Shown: positions 10,058 to 18,440 of the stretch, piece after piece | Position numbering within the stretch: position 1 is the stretch's first letter | Layout of the letters: every line of letters starts with the position of its first letter | IMG/VR virus record: IMGVR_UViG_2778261217_000005 | Origin: a virus | Lineage: Duplodnaviria; Heunggongvirae; Uroviricota; Caudoviricetes | Reading direction: 5' to 3' (one strand) | DNA length: 21,722 nt | The notes under the pieces: generated by a model | What the model saw: only the letters and a program-made list of their open reading frames with translations | What the model was told of the DNA's origin: nothing | The model's database searches: none | Translations under genes and position numbers: made by a program

Positions 10058-10810
10058 ATGGAGACTGTTTTTGACGCACTGAAAGCGATGGGAAAAGCCA
10101 CATCGGTAGAACTGGCAACGCGACTTGATATCAGTCGTGAAGAAGTGCTGAACGAGCTGTGGGAACTGAAAAAGGCTGGCTTCGTTGATAAAAGCGTATA
10201 CACCTGGCGTGTAGCTGATAACAACGTTCAGCAGGAGCAGGCAGAACTGCCGGAGGAAACCACCACGGCAACAGTCGCGAAAATTTCGGAGAGCGATTTA
10301 ACAGCGACGATTGAGCAACGTGGACCACAAACGGCGGATGAACTGGCTACGCTGTTCGGTACCACATCCCGCAAAGTGGCTTCAACGCTGGCAATGGCAA
10401 TCAGCAAAGGTCGTCTGATTCGCGTTAATCAGAACGGTAAATTTCGTTACTGCATGCCGGGCGGTAATTTACCAGCAGAGCCGAAAGTTGAATCGGTAGC
10501 GGAAACCGATGGTAAAGCCTTTCCTCAGCCAGCCGATGTTGCGTTACCAGTACAGGAAGCGGCAACACAGGAAGATATTAAAACAGAAACTGTGGCGGAC
10601 ATTGTGCAGTCGCTGCCATCGTTTACCGAAACGCGGGCGGATGACCTGATTTTACCATCGCTGCTCATGGCAAACCGTGAGCTGCGTCGGGCGAAAAATC
10701 ATGTCCAGAAGTGGGAGCGTGTCTGCGCCGCGCTGCGGGAGCTGAACAAGTACCGGGATATTGTTCGACAGATTGTCGATTCCCCCAGTCGTATTGTGTC
10801 GGAAAAGTGA
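10058..10810 (+). CDS. YdaW-like protein with N-terminal winged-helix-like region (250 aa from internal ATG)
   Basis: Start [30 protein letters not shown] after GGAGG SD; longer ORF would overlap ydaV. Confidence 0.6.
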   Translation: METVFDALKAMGKATSVELATRLDISREEVLNELWELKKAGFVDKSVYTWRVADNNVQQEQAELPEETTTATVAKISESDLTATIEQRGPQTADELATLFGTTSRKVASTLAMAISKGRLIRVNQNGKFRYCMPGGNLPAEPKVESVAETDGKAFPQPADVALPVQEAATQEDIKTETVADIVQSLPSFTETRADDLILPSLLMANRELRRAKNHVQKWERVCAALRELNKYRDIVRQIVDSPSRIVSEK

Positions 10811-10825
10811 TTGCCGGAGGCGCTT

Positions 10826-11080
10826 ATGGCAAAAGTTTTTACACAGGAAGAGCGTGAAAAAATTAAGGAGCAGGTTGTTGAGCTGGTACGCCAGAGTGGG
10901 CGCGAGACGTTAAGGCAACTGGAGGCCAAGACAGGTGCGACAAGATATCTGATGAGCATTCTTGCCAGAGAGTTGGTTGCCAGTGGCGATGTATACAACT
11001 CTGGCTATGGGTTATTTCCCTCTGAACAGGCTCGTAAGGACTGGAAAAACGCCCGCAAAAAATATCCAGGGCAAAGGTGA
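10826..11080 (+). CDS. Hypothetical small protein (84 aa)
   Basis: Start MAKVFTQEEREKIKEQ with GGAGG SD; function unknown. Confidence 0.45.
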   Translation: MAKVFTQEEREKIKEQVVELVRQSGRETLRQLEAKTGATRYLMSILARELVASGDVYNSGYGLFPSEQARKDWKNARKKYPGQR

Positions 11081-11247
11081 AAAAAACGGTTGTGGTTGCT
11101 CCTGACCTTATCTGGTCATTACCAGACAGAGAAATACGCCGCTATGACGGGCGTCTGAATATAATCTGTAGCGAGTGCCGTAAGAGCGAAGTTATGAAGC
11201 GTGTACTGATGTTTTATCGAGGAAGTATCCAGGAATTTATTCGGTAA
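11077..11247 (+). CDS. Candidate small ORF (56 aa, GTG start) coupled to upstream stop (GTGA)
   Basis: Hand-translated VKKTVVVAPDLIWSLPDREIRRYDGRLNIICSECRKSEVMKRVLMFYRGSIQEFIR; one CxxC; weak SD. Confidence 0.25.
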   Translation: MKKTVVVAPDLIWSLPDREIRRYDGRLNIICSECRKSEVMKRVLMFYRGSIQEFIR

Positions 11248-11383
11248 GCAAAATCAAAATGTAATCGCTCAAGTTTAAGTTGGTGTATCTACGGCGCAGA
11301 GCCATCGCCTCATCTGGCACTGCGCTAAAATCAAATTTAGTTCCACTCTTTATTTCGTATCTGCTAAAACGCTACATAAGATT

Positions 11384-11656
11384 TTACTTTTTTAAAGAAT
11401 AAGGGAATATGTGCACCATATTGGAGGCTAGTGGATATATTCCTATGCTACGAGTTGTCTTTTTTAGTTGATCTATGCTTGCTTCTTTATCGGGAGCCCG
11501 GCCTCCCCACACTGTAACTCCCTCAGGTATATCGATTGGGCGACTTTTGTTTTCATCTGTGATTTCAATAGTTTCTCCATTGTTAAGCGTAATAATCAAC
11601 GATGACACGTCCAGGTGTTGTGTATTCCCATTTTTATTTTTAATGTCTATTTTCAT
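11384..11656 (-). CDS. Hypothetical protein (90 aa) in AT-rich island
   Basis: ORF with balanced charged composition; no SD; no recognised motif. Confidence 0.3.
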   Translation of the reverse strand: MKIDIKNKNGNTQHLDVSSLIITLNNGETIEITDENKSRPIDIPEGVTVWGGRAPDKEASIDQLKKTTRSIGIYPLASNMVHIFPYSLKK

Positions 11657-11813
11657 GGCTATTTCATTATATGTTATCTGTGCTGGAGTAATAAGTTTAC
11701 GGTATTAAGAAGCATTTTGACGAAACAATCAACTGACTTATCAGCTAAGGTGGCATTGTAATGCGATCTGATTGGTATCATCAGGACGCTGTTCAAAAAA
11801 GGGGTATTAGTTG

Positions 11814-11842
11814 ATCTTGAAATCTTGCTCAAAATATGTAGC
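11814..11842. repeat. Direct-repeat copy A (ATCTTGAAAT ... GCTCAAAATA ... TGTAGC) upstream of queH-like gene
   Basis: Shares 10-mer, 9-mer and 6-mer blocks with copy B at 12710-12756. Confidence 0.35.
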
Positions 11843-11926
11843 CTCTTGTTTAACTGCCAACTTTTTGGGGCAGTACACTATGATGCTACACAACTTGCAA
11901 GTTTCATTACCCCGACGTAAACATTT

Positions 11927-12595
11927 ATGACAGTTGCTGATTTCAAACGTCCTAAGTTGGAGCTCCCAAACGGGGCAAACAAACTACTATTACACTCTTG
12001 TTGTGCACCATGTTCCGGTGAAGTGATGGAGGCTCTTCAGGCCTCAGGAATCGACTACACCATCTTCTTCTATAATCCGAACATTCATCCTCAGAAAGAG
12101 TATTTGATTCGTAAGAATGAGAATATTCGATTTGCTGAACAACATGGTGTCCCGTTTATCGATGCTGATTACGACACTGACAACTGGTTTGAGCGAGCCA
12201 AAGGAATGGAATGGGAGCCAGAACGTGGGAGGCGTTGTACTATGTGTTTTGACATGCGTTTTGAACGGACGGCGCTGTACGCCGCTGAAAATGGTTTCAG
12301 TGTGATCAGCAGTTCACTGGGCATTTCACGCTGGAAAAATATGCAGCAGGTTAACGACAGCGGACGGCGAGCTGTCGCACATTATCCGGGCATGGTGTAC
12401 TGGGATTATAACTGGCGCAAGCAGGGAGGCTCGTCCCGCATGATTGAAATCAGCAAACGCGAACAATTCTATCAGCAGGAATATTGTGGTTGCGTGTATT
12501 CACTTCGCGATACCAATTTACACCGCAAATCCCAGGGACGCCCTCTTATCAAAATTGGTCAACTCCACTACGGTAAAGAAGAAGGGCAGGAATGA
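11927..12595 (+). CDS. queH: QueH-like epoxyqueuosine reductase (DUF208 family), 222 aa
   Basis: Motifs [19 protein letters not shown] and QEYCGCVYS match my recollection of the DUF208/QueH Cys pattern. Confidence 0.65.
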   Translation: MTVADFKRPKLELPNGANKLLLHSCCAPCSGEVMEALQASGIDYTIFFYNPNIHPQKEYLIRKNENIRFAEQHGVPFIDADYDTDNWFERAKGMEWEPERGRRCTMCFDMRFERTALYAAENGFSVISSSLGISRWKNMQQVNDSGRRAVAHYPGMVYWDYNWRKQGGSSRMIEISKREQFYQQEYCGCVYSLRDTNLHRKSQGRPLIKIGQLHYGKEEGQE

Positions 12596-12709
12596 TTTTT
12601 ACATTACGTCAACAGAGTGTCACAACGTTTCTATATATGGTATGCCGACCGTAATTTTCGAATCATCATGCCTAATAGGTAGGTCACCTATGCCAGCAAT
12701 GACCTGCTC

Positions 12710-12756
12710 ATCTTGAAATTAGCAGAAATCTTGTAGCTATGATGTAGCTCAAAATA
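12710..12756. repeat. Direct-repeat copy B downstream of queH-like gene
   Basis: ATCTTGAAAT, GAAATCTTG, TGTAGC (x2), GCTCAAAATA blocks shared with copy A. Confidence 0.35.
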
Positions 12757-12904
12757 GTTTTTCATTCTTTTACCTGATGTCTGTTCCTGGCTGAAAACAG
12801 ACTGTATTATTTGATTACGCACCACTGACACTTGTGTATTGAAGTAGTGAGTACAAAGCCACATATTTATCAGTGTATGTATACGTCAAAAACAGGAGAT
12901 TGTT

Positions 12905-12994
12905 GTGCTGGTTCTGAAGTGTGCGTTAGCAATAGTGGCTGTGGTGGCAATTTATTGCCTTGTTGTTGTTCTTATGGAGCGACTTTCTGATTGA
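12905..12994 (+). CDS. Candidate 29-aa hydrophobic single-helix peptide (toxin-like or small membrane protein)
   Basis: AGGAG SD 6 nt upstream of GTG; hand-translated VLVLKCALAIVAVVAIYCLVVVLMERLSD; hydrophobic core with charged C-terminus. Confidence 0.3.
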   Translation: MLVLKCALAIVAVVAIYCLVVVLMERLSD

Positions 12995-13206
12995 TTACAT
13001 ACTGGCTAAAAAAAGCGTTTGCCTGGCTTATCTTTGTCCGGCAAGGTGCGCTCATTAATCTGAAGTAAATTTATTTCTTAAGTATTCAGATTACTTCTTA
13101 TGGTCGAAGTCTCCTGGCAATGTAGAACCAAAATATTTACAAAAACGAGACCCGTCGAGGATAGCTCTGCCGGGTCTGACTGTTAAAGTATTTTTAATAT
13201 GATCAT

Positions 13207-13545
13207 CTATTTTTTGGTGCTATAGACTTTTTCGCCTGAGAAGTCTGGAGCGACCCAAAAGTTAATATTAAACTGAGCATCATCGCTTAGTTCAACACGG
13301 TGCCAGTATTGTGGTGGGCTTGTTGCAAAAGAGCCAGCATTAATAACTACTTTTATCTCTGGTTCAGTAGTATTCTCATCAGCAAAACCATAATATGTTA
13401 CAGTGCCTTCCATTACGCACAACTGCCCAAAAACACCTGCTGCTGTATTATGATGTGTTAATAATGCTGAAGGTACGTTCTCTTTTGTGAAGAACGGAGT
13501 TGAGCGTTTGATTACCCAATCTTTAGGAATTCTCTTGTGTGTCAT
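13207..13545 (-). CDS. Small cupin-like protein (112 aa), possibly DUF1971/TehB-N-like
   Basis: ATG at 13545 preceded by AGGAGGTGG SD; family assignment is a weak recollection. Confidence 0.5.
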   Translation of the reverse strand: MTHKRIPKDWVIKRSTPFFTKENVPSALLTHHNTAAGVFGQLCVMEGTVTYYGFADENTTEPEIKVVINAGSFATSPPQYWHRVELSDDAQFNINFWVAPDFSGEKVYSTKK

Positions 13546-14416
13546 AACCACCTCCTATAAAACATGCATTATAAATGCACCTTTTGAGGAGTTATGTCAA
13601 GCTGTTATGAAACACATAATTGATATGTTGATTAGAGGAGAAGATAGAATAAATATGGTTGTTTTTCGTATAACTACTTGTTTTTCTTTTGGTTTATGCA
13701 TTCTGTGTGTTAGGAATAAGTTATTAAAGTTTAATCAAGAAATCTCGATGTATTCCACATAGATTACTGTTACTGAACCTTATTGTGTGCATTAGTTGTG
13801 TTCTGAAATTTCAGCTTAATTATTTATGATATATTTTTTAACGATAAATGTTTTCCCAGGTAAAAGACAGTTGGGAATAAGATAAGTAATATATCATTAA
13901 TCTTGATTATTTCCAGGGTGCCTTTACTGTGCATATAAATAAATCATATATGCATTAAATAATGTAAAGGCATCCTTTTAGATATATCTTATCAAATATT
14001 AATGACTTGAGTGGGAAACATGACTCCAGCAACTTATCATGTGGCTACTTTATAAAAATAATGCCCATATAAAACAACAAGCGAAAAGGATTACGGATAA
14101 AAAAGGAGCGAGATGTGCAAACTTGTTATTTTCCATGTTTAACCACCTTAAATAATTGATGATGACGGGATGATTGCATCTGTAATGCTTTTATTGAAAT
14201 GTTATGATAAAAAAGAACTTTTTCATAACATTAAAATGTAATTTAGCTAATCGTTTTTAATAATAAGTGTCGTATTTCTATCCTTGTACTAGCTATTTGA
14301 TATGTAGTGTTTGTTCATGCTATGTGGGGCTTTACACCATAGCCAGTTTATTTATACTTTATTCGTCAGCCTGAACAACTGGCATCTGCTGCACTGCGCC
14401 ATAGAGAGATTGAGAA

Positions 14417-15016
14417 ATGGCGCATATACAACTGGTCAAACAAACTTCTTCTGGTTTACTTCTCCCGGCGACGCCGGAGAGTTGTGATTTTCTGCATCAA
14501 ATTAAAATAGGCGAGTGGATACACGCTGATTTTAAGCGTGTGCGTAACTACGCATTCCACAAGCGTTTTTTCAAACTCCTGCAACTGGGATTCGATTACT
14601 GGACTCCGGTTGGTGGGGCGATCACGCCTCGCGAACGAGAACTGCTGTCTGGTTTCGTTGATTACCTGTGCGAATCAGTTGGTCGGGAACACACGCCAGC
14701 CCTGAGTGATGCCGCAGAGCAATATCTGAATACAGTGGCGACACGCAGAACCCGGGATACGGCATTGCTAAAGTCGTTTGAGGCTTTTCGCGAGTGGGTA
14801 ACCATTCAGGCTGGATTTTACACCGAACATTTTTATCCGGACGGTAGCCATGGGCGTCGGGCGAAATCCATCGCTTTTGCGAATATGGACGAAACCGAGT
14901 TTCAGCAGGTTTATAAATCTGTTCTGAATGTGCTGTGGAACTGGATTCTGTTCCGTAAATTTTCCTCTCTGGAACAAGTCGAAAATGTGGCCGCGCAGCT
15001 GCTGGAGTTTGCGTAA
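14417..15016 (+). CDS. DUF1367-family phage protein (YbcN-like), 199 aa
   Basis: Nin-region position; resembles recalled DLP12 YbcN family. Confidence 0.65.
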   Translation: MAHIQLVKQTSSGLLLPATPESCDFLHQIKIGEWIHADFKRVRNYAFHKRFFKLLQLGFDYWTPVGGAITPRERELLSGFVDYLCESVGREHTPALSDAAEQYLNTVATRRTRDTALLKSFEAFREWVTIQAGFYTEHFYPDGSHGRRAKSIAFANMDETEFQQVYKSVLNVLWNWILFRKFSSLEQVENVAAQLLEFA

Positions 15017-15306
15017 TGGTGGATTTACGTAAAGCGGCGCGGGGGCAGATGTGCACCGTCAGAATTCCTGGCTACTGCAATCACGATCCGGAAACGTCTG
15101 TGCTGGCGCATTACCGACTGGCGGGAACGTGCGGAACAGCGACAAAACCACACGATATGCAGGCGGCGATTGCCTGTAGCTCATGCCACGATCTAATCGA
15201 CGGGCGGGTAAAAACCAGCGATTACACCAAAGAAGAATTACGCCTGATGCATGCAGAAGGTGTTTTTCGCACACAAGAAATCTGGAGAAAGGAGGGATAT
15301 TTGTGA
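15016..15306 (+). CDS. DUF1364-family putative nuclease (YbcO-like), 96 aa
   Basis: MVDLRKAARGQMCTVRIPGYCNHDPETSVLAHYRL...ACSSCHD; resembles recalled YbcO; ATG overlaps upstream TAA. Confidence 0.7.
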   Translation: MVDLRKAARGQMCTVRIPGYCNHDPETSVLAHYRLAGTCGTATKPHDMQAAIACSSCHDLIDGRVKTSDYTKEELRLMHAEGVFRTQEIWRKEGYL

Positions 15307-15845
15307 TTTACCCAACGAATACAGGAAAAAGCGGAGAACACCTTCGTCTCGCCACGCTGGAAAGTGTCTGGATTCAGGGCAAACTGCGTATGTGGGGGCG
15401 CTGGTCGTATATTGGCGGTGGCAGGTCAGGAAATATGTTCAATCAGTTGTTGGCATCCAAAAAATTGACGAAAACAGCCATCAATGAAGCCCTGCGCAGA
15501 ATGAAAAAAGCGGGAATAGAGAAAGCTGAGCTGGAAGCGTTTTTGAGAGAGATGATCAACGGCAAGCAAAAGAGCTGGCTGGCGCATTGTACTGATGCAG
15601 AGGCGTTATGTATTGATCGAGTCATAAGTGAGGTGCTGGCAGAGCATCCAGGATTGATTAGCGTCCTTCGGCAACGGTATGAGGGGCGGGGGATGACCAA
15701 ACGCAAAATGGCTGAATTGCTAAATGATGCACACCCAGAGTGGTGTTTTAGCACATGCGAAAAGCGAATTGCTAATTGGTTGGCCGTTGCTGAGTATGCG
15801 CTATACATTCCCATGCGAGAATCATTCGCTCAAAAAACGGCTTGA
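15303..15845 (+). CDS. Putative late antiterminator Q-like protein (180 aa, GTG start)
   Basis: Immediately precedes tRNAs and lysis genes; AGGAGG SD 7 nt before in-frame GTG overlapping ybcO-like stop; the annotated ATG at 15183 would overlap the upstream gene by 124 nt. Confidence 0.5.
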   Translation: MIYPTNTGKSGEHLRLATLESVWIQGKLRMWGRWSYIGGGRSGNMFNQLLASKKLTKTAINEALRRMKKAGIEKAELEAFLREMINGKQKSWLAHCTDAEALCIDRVISEVLAEHPGLISVLRQRYEGRGMTKRKMAELLNDAHPEWCFSTCEKRIANWLAVAEYALYIPMRESFAQKTA

Positions 15846-15870
15846 TTTTTTACGCATAAACTGCTTCAAT
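15842..15870 (+). promoter_or_regulatory. Candidate late promoter (TTGATT -N17- TTCAAT) overlapping Q stop
   Basis: Hexamers read directly; analogous to lambda PR' position; weak -10. Confidence 0.3.
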
Positions 15871-15930
15871 TTTGCTACGCTTCGCAAAGCTGTATCGCGT
15901 GGCGAATCAAGCGCAATTAAACTTTAATAG

Positions 15931-15960
15931 AACCCGCATCGAGCGGGTTTTGTTGTTTTT
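15931..15960 (+). terminator. Rho-independent terminator (AACCCGC-atcga-GCGGGTT + T-run), candidate tR'
   Basis: 7-bp perfect GC-rich stem followed by TTTTGTTGTTTTT. Confidence 0.6.
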
Positions 15961-16197
15961 GTGGTGTGATATAAGAAACGACATTTAATAATTGCCTTCA
16001 AAATAAATTTGTTTATATATTGTCGCGTATATTTTAAATGAAGGTGAAATGTTCACATAAAATAAAAATACATAAATAAATTTGCATAACTTGACGCAAA
16101 GTGTTGTTGCGATTGGAATATTAAATCGTATTATCGAAAACGGTTCTGAGGGGGAACTCTTCTTTGATCGGTGATATCGCTCCCCTGAAGAACCAAT

Positions 16198-16273
<76 letters not shown>

Positions 16274-16276
16274 TAT

Positions 16277-16351
<75 letters not shown>

Positions 16352-16715
16352 GCATTTGAAACAAGTCTTATTGTATTGCGGCACTGGCGTATTTTTTATT
16401 ACGTGGGAGCAGGTTGTTTTGGAAAAGCATTCTGTTCTCTGGCTATGATTTGAGGCCAGGTGTAGCCTCAGTGCTGATTTTTTTACGACAGCAGAATGGT
16501 GCATTGTCGGTGGAGATTTTGTATTTCCTGGCAGGGTCGGTGATGCATCATTCTGGTGTTGTAAAAGCACCACAGAGGTGTTCCTCAGTGCGAGGGTGGT
16601 TTATATAGTGGTTTAGCGGGGAATCACAATATTTGTTGTAGGGACAGATATTTCGGGAGGCACCCGACACCTCGATTTTTATTACAATTAAAATGATTTA
16701 TCTTATACATTGACC

Positions 16716-16741
16716 AACCGCCATATCTGGCGGTTTTTTTT
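16716..16741 (+). terminator. Rho-independent terminator (AACCGCCA-tatc-TGGCGGTT + T8)
   Basis: 8-bp stem followed by eight T; read directly. Confidence 0.6.
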
Positions 16742-17129
16742 ATACCTGCATCAGACAAAAAAAGACACAAGCATCCAGGAATACTCGTGGGACAACGTCC
16801 TTTAGATAGCAATTTGCGAGAGGGTGAAAAGTAGCGCGGTCGTCGGATTAAGACCGCGGGACAAAGTCCATGAAGAATAATAAGTATTGGCCCCCTTCTG
16901 GGGATATGTTCATACTACTAAGCTTCAGAAGTGGTTTAAATCATCAAATTAACCTTAATTTTCGATAAGTCTTATTTCATTTCTTTGCGCCACATCTGGC
17001 GCGCATCAAATAACGCCACGCAAAGGGCATCTGCGGATGCCGGTGCTTTTGACGGGGTGTTTTTTACGGGCCGCTGGTGGCCATTTTTTGTTTCCGTTAC
17101 ACAGCGCCCGCATCTGCGAGGTGGGGGTT

Positions 17130-17345
17130 ATGAAATCCATGGATAAGTTAACAACGGGTGTCGCCTATGGCACCTCCGCAGGCAGTGCTGGCTACTGGTT
17201 TTTACAGCTGCTCGATAAAGTCACGCCCTCACAGTGGGCAGCAATAGGTGTGCTGGGTAGCTTGGTATTTGGCCTGCTGACGTACCTGACAAACCTTTAT
17301 TTCAAGATTAAAGAAGATAAGCGCAAGGCTGCGAGAGGTGAATAA
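17130..17345 (+). CDS. Class II pinholin, phage-21 S-like (71 aa) with dual-start motif MKSM
   Basis: [45 protein letters not shown]... closely resembles recalled S21/EssD; GAGGTGGGGG SD. Confidence 0.85.
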
Positions 17346-17842
17346 TGCCTCCATCATTACGAAAAGCCGTTGCTGCTGCTATTGGTGGCGGAGCAATTGC
17401 TATAGCATCAGTGTTAATCACTGGCCCAAGTGGTAACGATGGTCTGGAAGGTGTCAGCTACATACCATACAAAGATATTGTTGGTGTATGGACTGTATGT
17501 CACGGGCATACAGGAAAAGACATCATGCTCGGTAAAACGTATACCAAAGCAGAATGCAAGGCACTCTTGAATAAAGACCTTGCCACTGTCGCCAGACAAA
17601 TTAACCCGTACATCAAAGTCGATATACCGGAAACAACGCGCGGCGCTCTTTACTCATTCGTTTACAACGTGGGTGCTGGCAATTTCAGAACATCGACGCT
17701 TCTTCGCAAAATAAACCAGGGCGATATCAAAGGCGCATGTGATCAGCTACGTCGCTGGACATATGCTGGCGGTAAGCAATGGAAAGGTCTCATGACTCGT
17801 CGTGAGATTGAGCGTGAAATCTGTTTGTGGGGTCAGCAATGA
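17345..17842 (+). CDS. SAR endolysin, T4-lysozyme-like (165 aa)
   Basis: N-terminal Gly/Ala-rich signal-anchor-release segment; catalytic triad positions E35, D44, T50 present as in phage 21 R; ATG overlaps holin stop. Confidence 0.85.
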   Translation: MPPSLRKAVAAAIGGGAIAIASVLITGPSGNDGLEGVSYIPYKDIVGVWTVCHGHTGKDIMLGKTYTKAECKALLNKDLATVARQINPYIKVDIPETTRGALYSFVYNVGAGNFRTSTLLRKINQGDIKGACDQLRRWTYAGGKQWKGLMTRREIEREICLWGQQ

Positions 17843-18303
17843 ACAGAGTAACCGCGATTATCTCCGCTCTGGTTATCTGCATCATCGTCTGCCTGTCATG
17901 GGCTGTTAATCATTACCGTGATAACGCCATTACCTATAAAGCCCAGCGCGACAAAAATGCCAGAGAACTGAAGCTGGCGAACGCGGCAATTACTGACATG
18001 CAGATGCGTCAGCGTGATGTTGCTGCGCTCGATGCAAAATACACGAAGGAGTTAGCTGATGCGAAAGCTGAAAATGATGCTCTGCGTGATGATGTTGCCG
18101 CTGGTCGTCGTCGGTTGCACATCAAAGCAGTCTGTCAGTCAGTGCGTGAAGCCACCACCGCCTCCGGCGTGGATAATGCAGCCTCCCCCCGACTGGCAGA
18201 CACCGCTGAACAGGATTATTTCACCCTCCGGGAACGACTGGTAATGATGCAGGCCCAACTTGAAGGAGCTCAGCAATACATAACCGAACAGTGTTTAAAG
18301 TAA
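17839..18303 (+). CDS. rzpR: Rz i-spanin (154 aa)
   Basis: N-terminal TM segment, coiled-coil-like Ala/Arg/Gln-rich periplasmic part; start overlaps endolysin stop. Confidence 0.8.
   Translation: MNRVTAIISALVICIIVCLSWAVNHYRDNAITYKAQRDKNARELKLANAAITDMQMRQRDVAALDAKYTKELADAKAENDALRDDVAAGRRRLHIKAVCQSVREATTASGVDNAASPRLADTAEQDYFTLRERLVMMQAQLEGAQQYITEQCLK
18059..18244 (+). CDS. rzoR: Rz1 o-spanin lipoprotein embedded in Rz in the +1 frame (61 aa)
   Basis: Lipobox LVVVGC, proline-rich mature part ([15 protein letters not shown]). Confidence 0.75.
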   Translation: MRKLKMMLCVMMLPLVVVGCTSKQSVSQCVKPPPPPAWIMQPPPDWQTPLNRIISPSGNDW

Positions 18304-18440
18304 AATCTTAACTACAATATGATTTATTTTGATGATTGTTTCATAAGGAACAGTGAAGTAAGATCTAAGAGGAGTTAAATTTTATACAGTATAATCATAA
18401 TATTGCAGCAAGGTGGTTATAATTGAAAGAATATTTAGAT

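Noticed and set aside
11475-11708. 77-aa plus-strand ORF antisense to the 90-aa hypothetical
   Set aside because: Highly hydrophobic low-complexity translation without SD; the minus-strand ORF looks more protein-like, though neither is certain.
12675-12692. Hairpin ATAGGT-aggtc-ACCTAT downstream of queH-like gene
   Set aside because: Short 6-bp stem without a T-tract; not convincing as a terminator.
13487-13762. 91-aa plus-strand ORF overlapping the cupin-like gene start
   Set aside because: AT-rich junk-like translation; overlaps the SD and start of a better-supported gene.
15183-15302. Upstream extension of the Q-like ORF to ATG 15183
   Set aside because: Overlaps the DUF1364 gene by about 124 nt in another frame; GTG at 15303 with AGGAGG is more plausible.
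16145-16189. Imperfect inverted repeat (TCTGAGGGGGA ... TCCCCTGAAGA) just upstream of tRNA-Thr
   Set aside because: Stem has internal mismatches and a 23-nt loop; could be a precursor processing structure but evidence is too weak to call.
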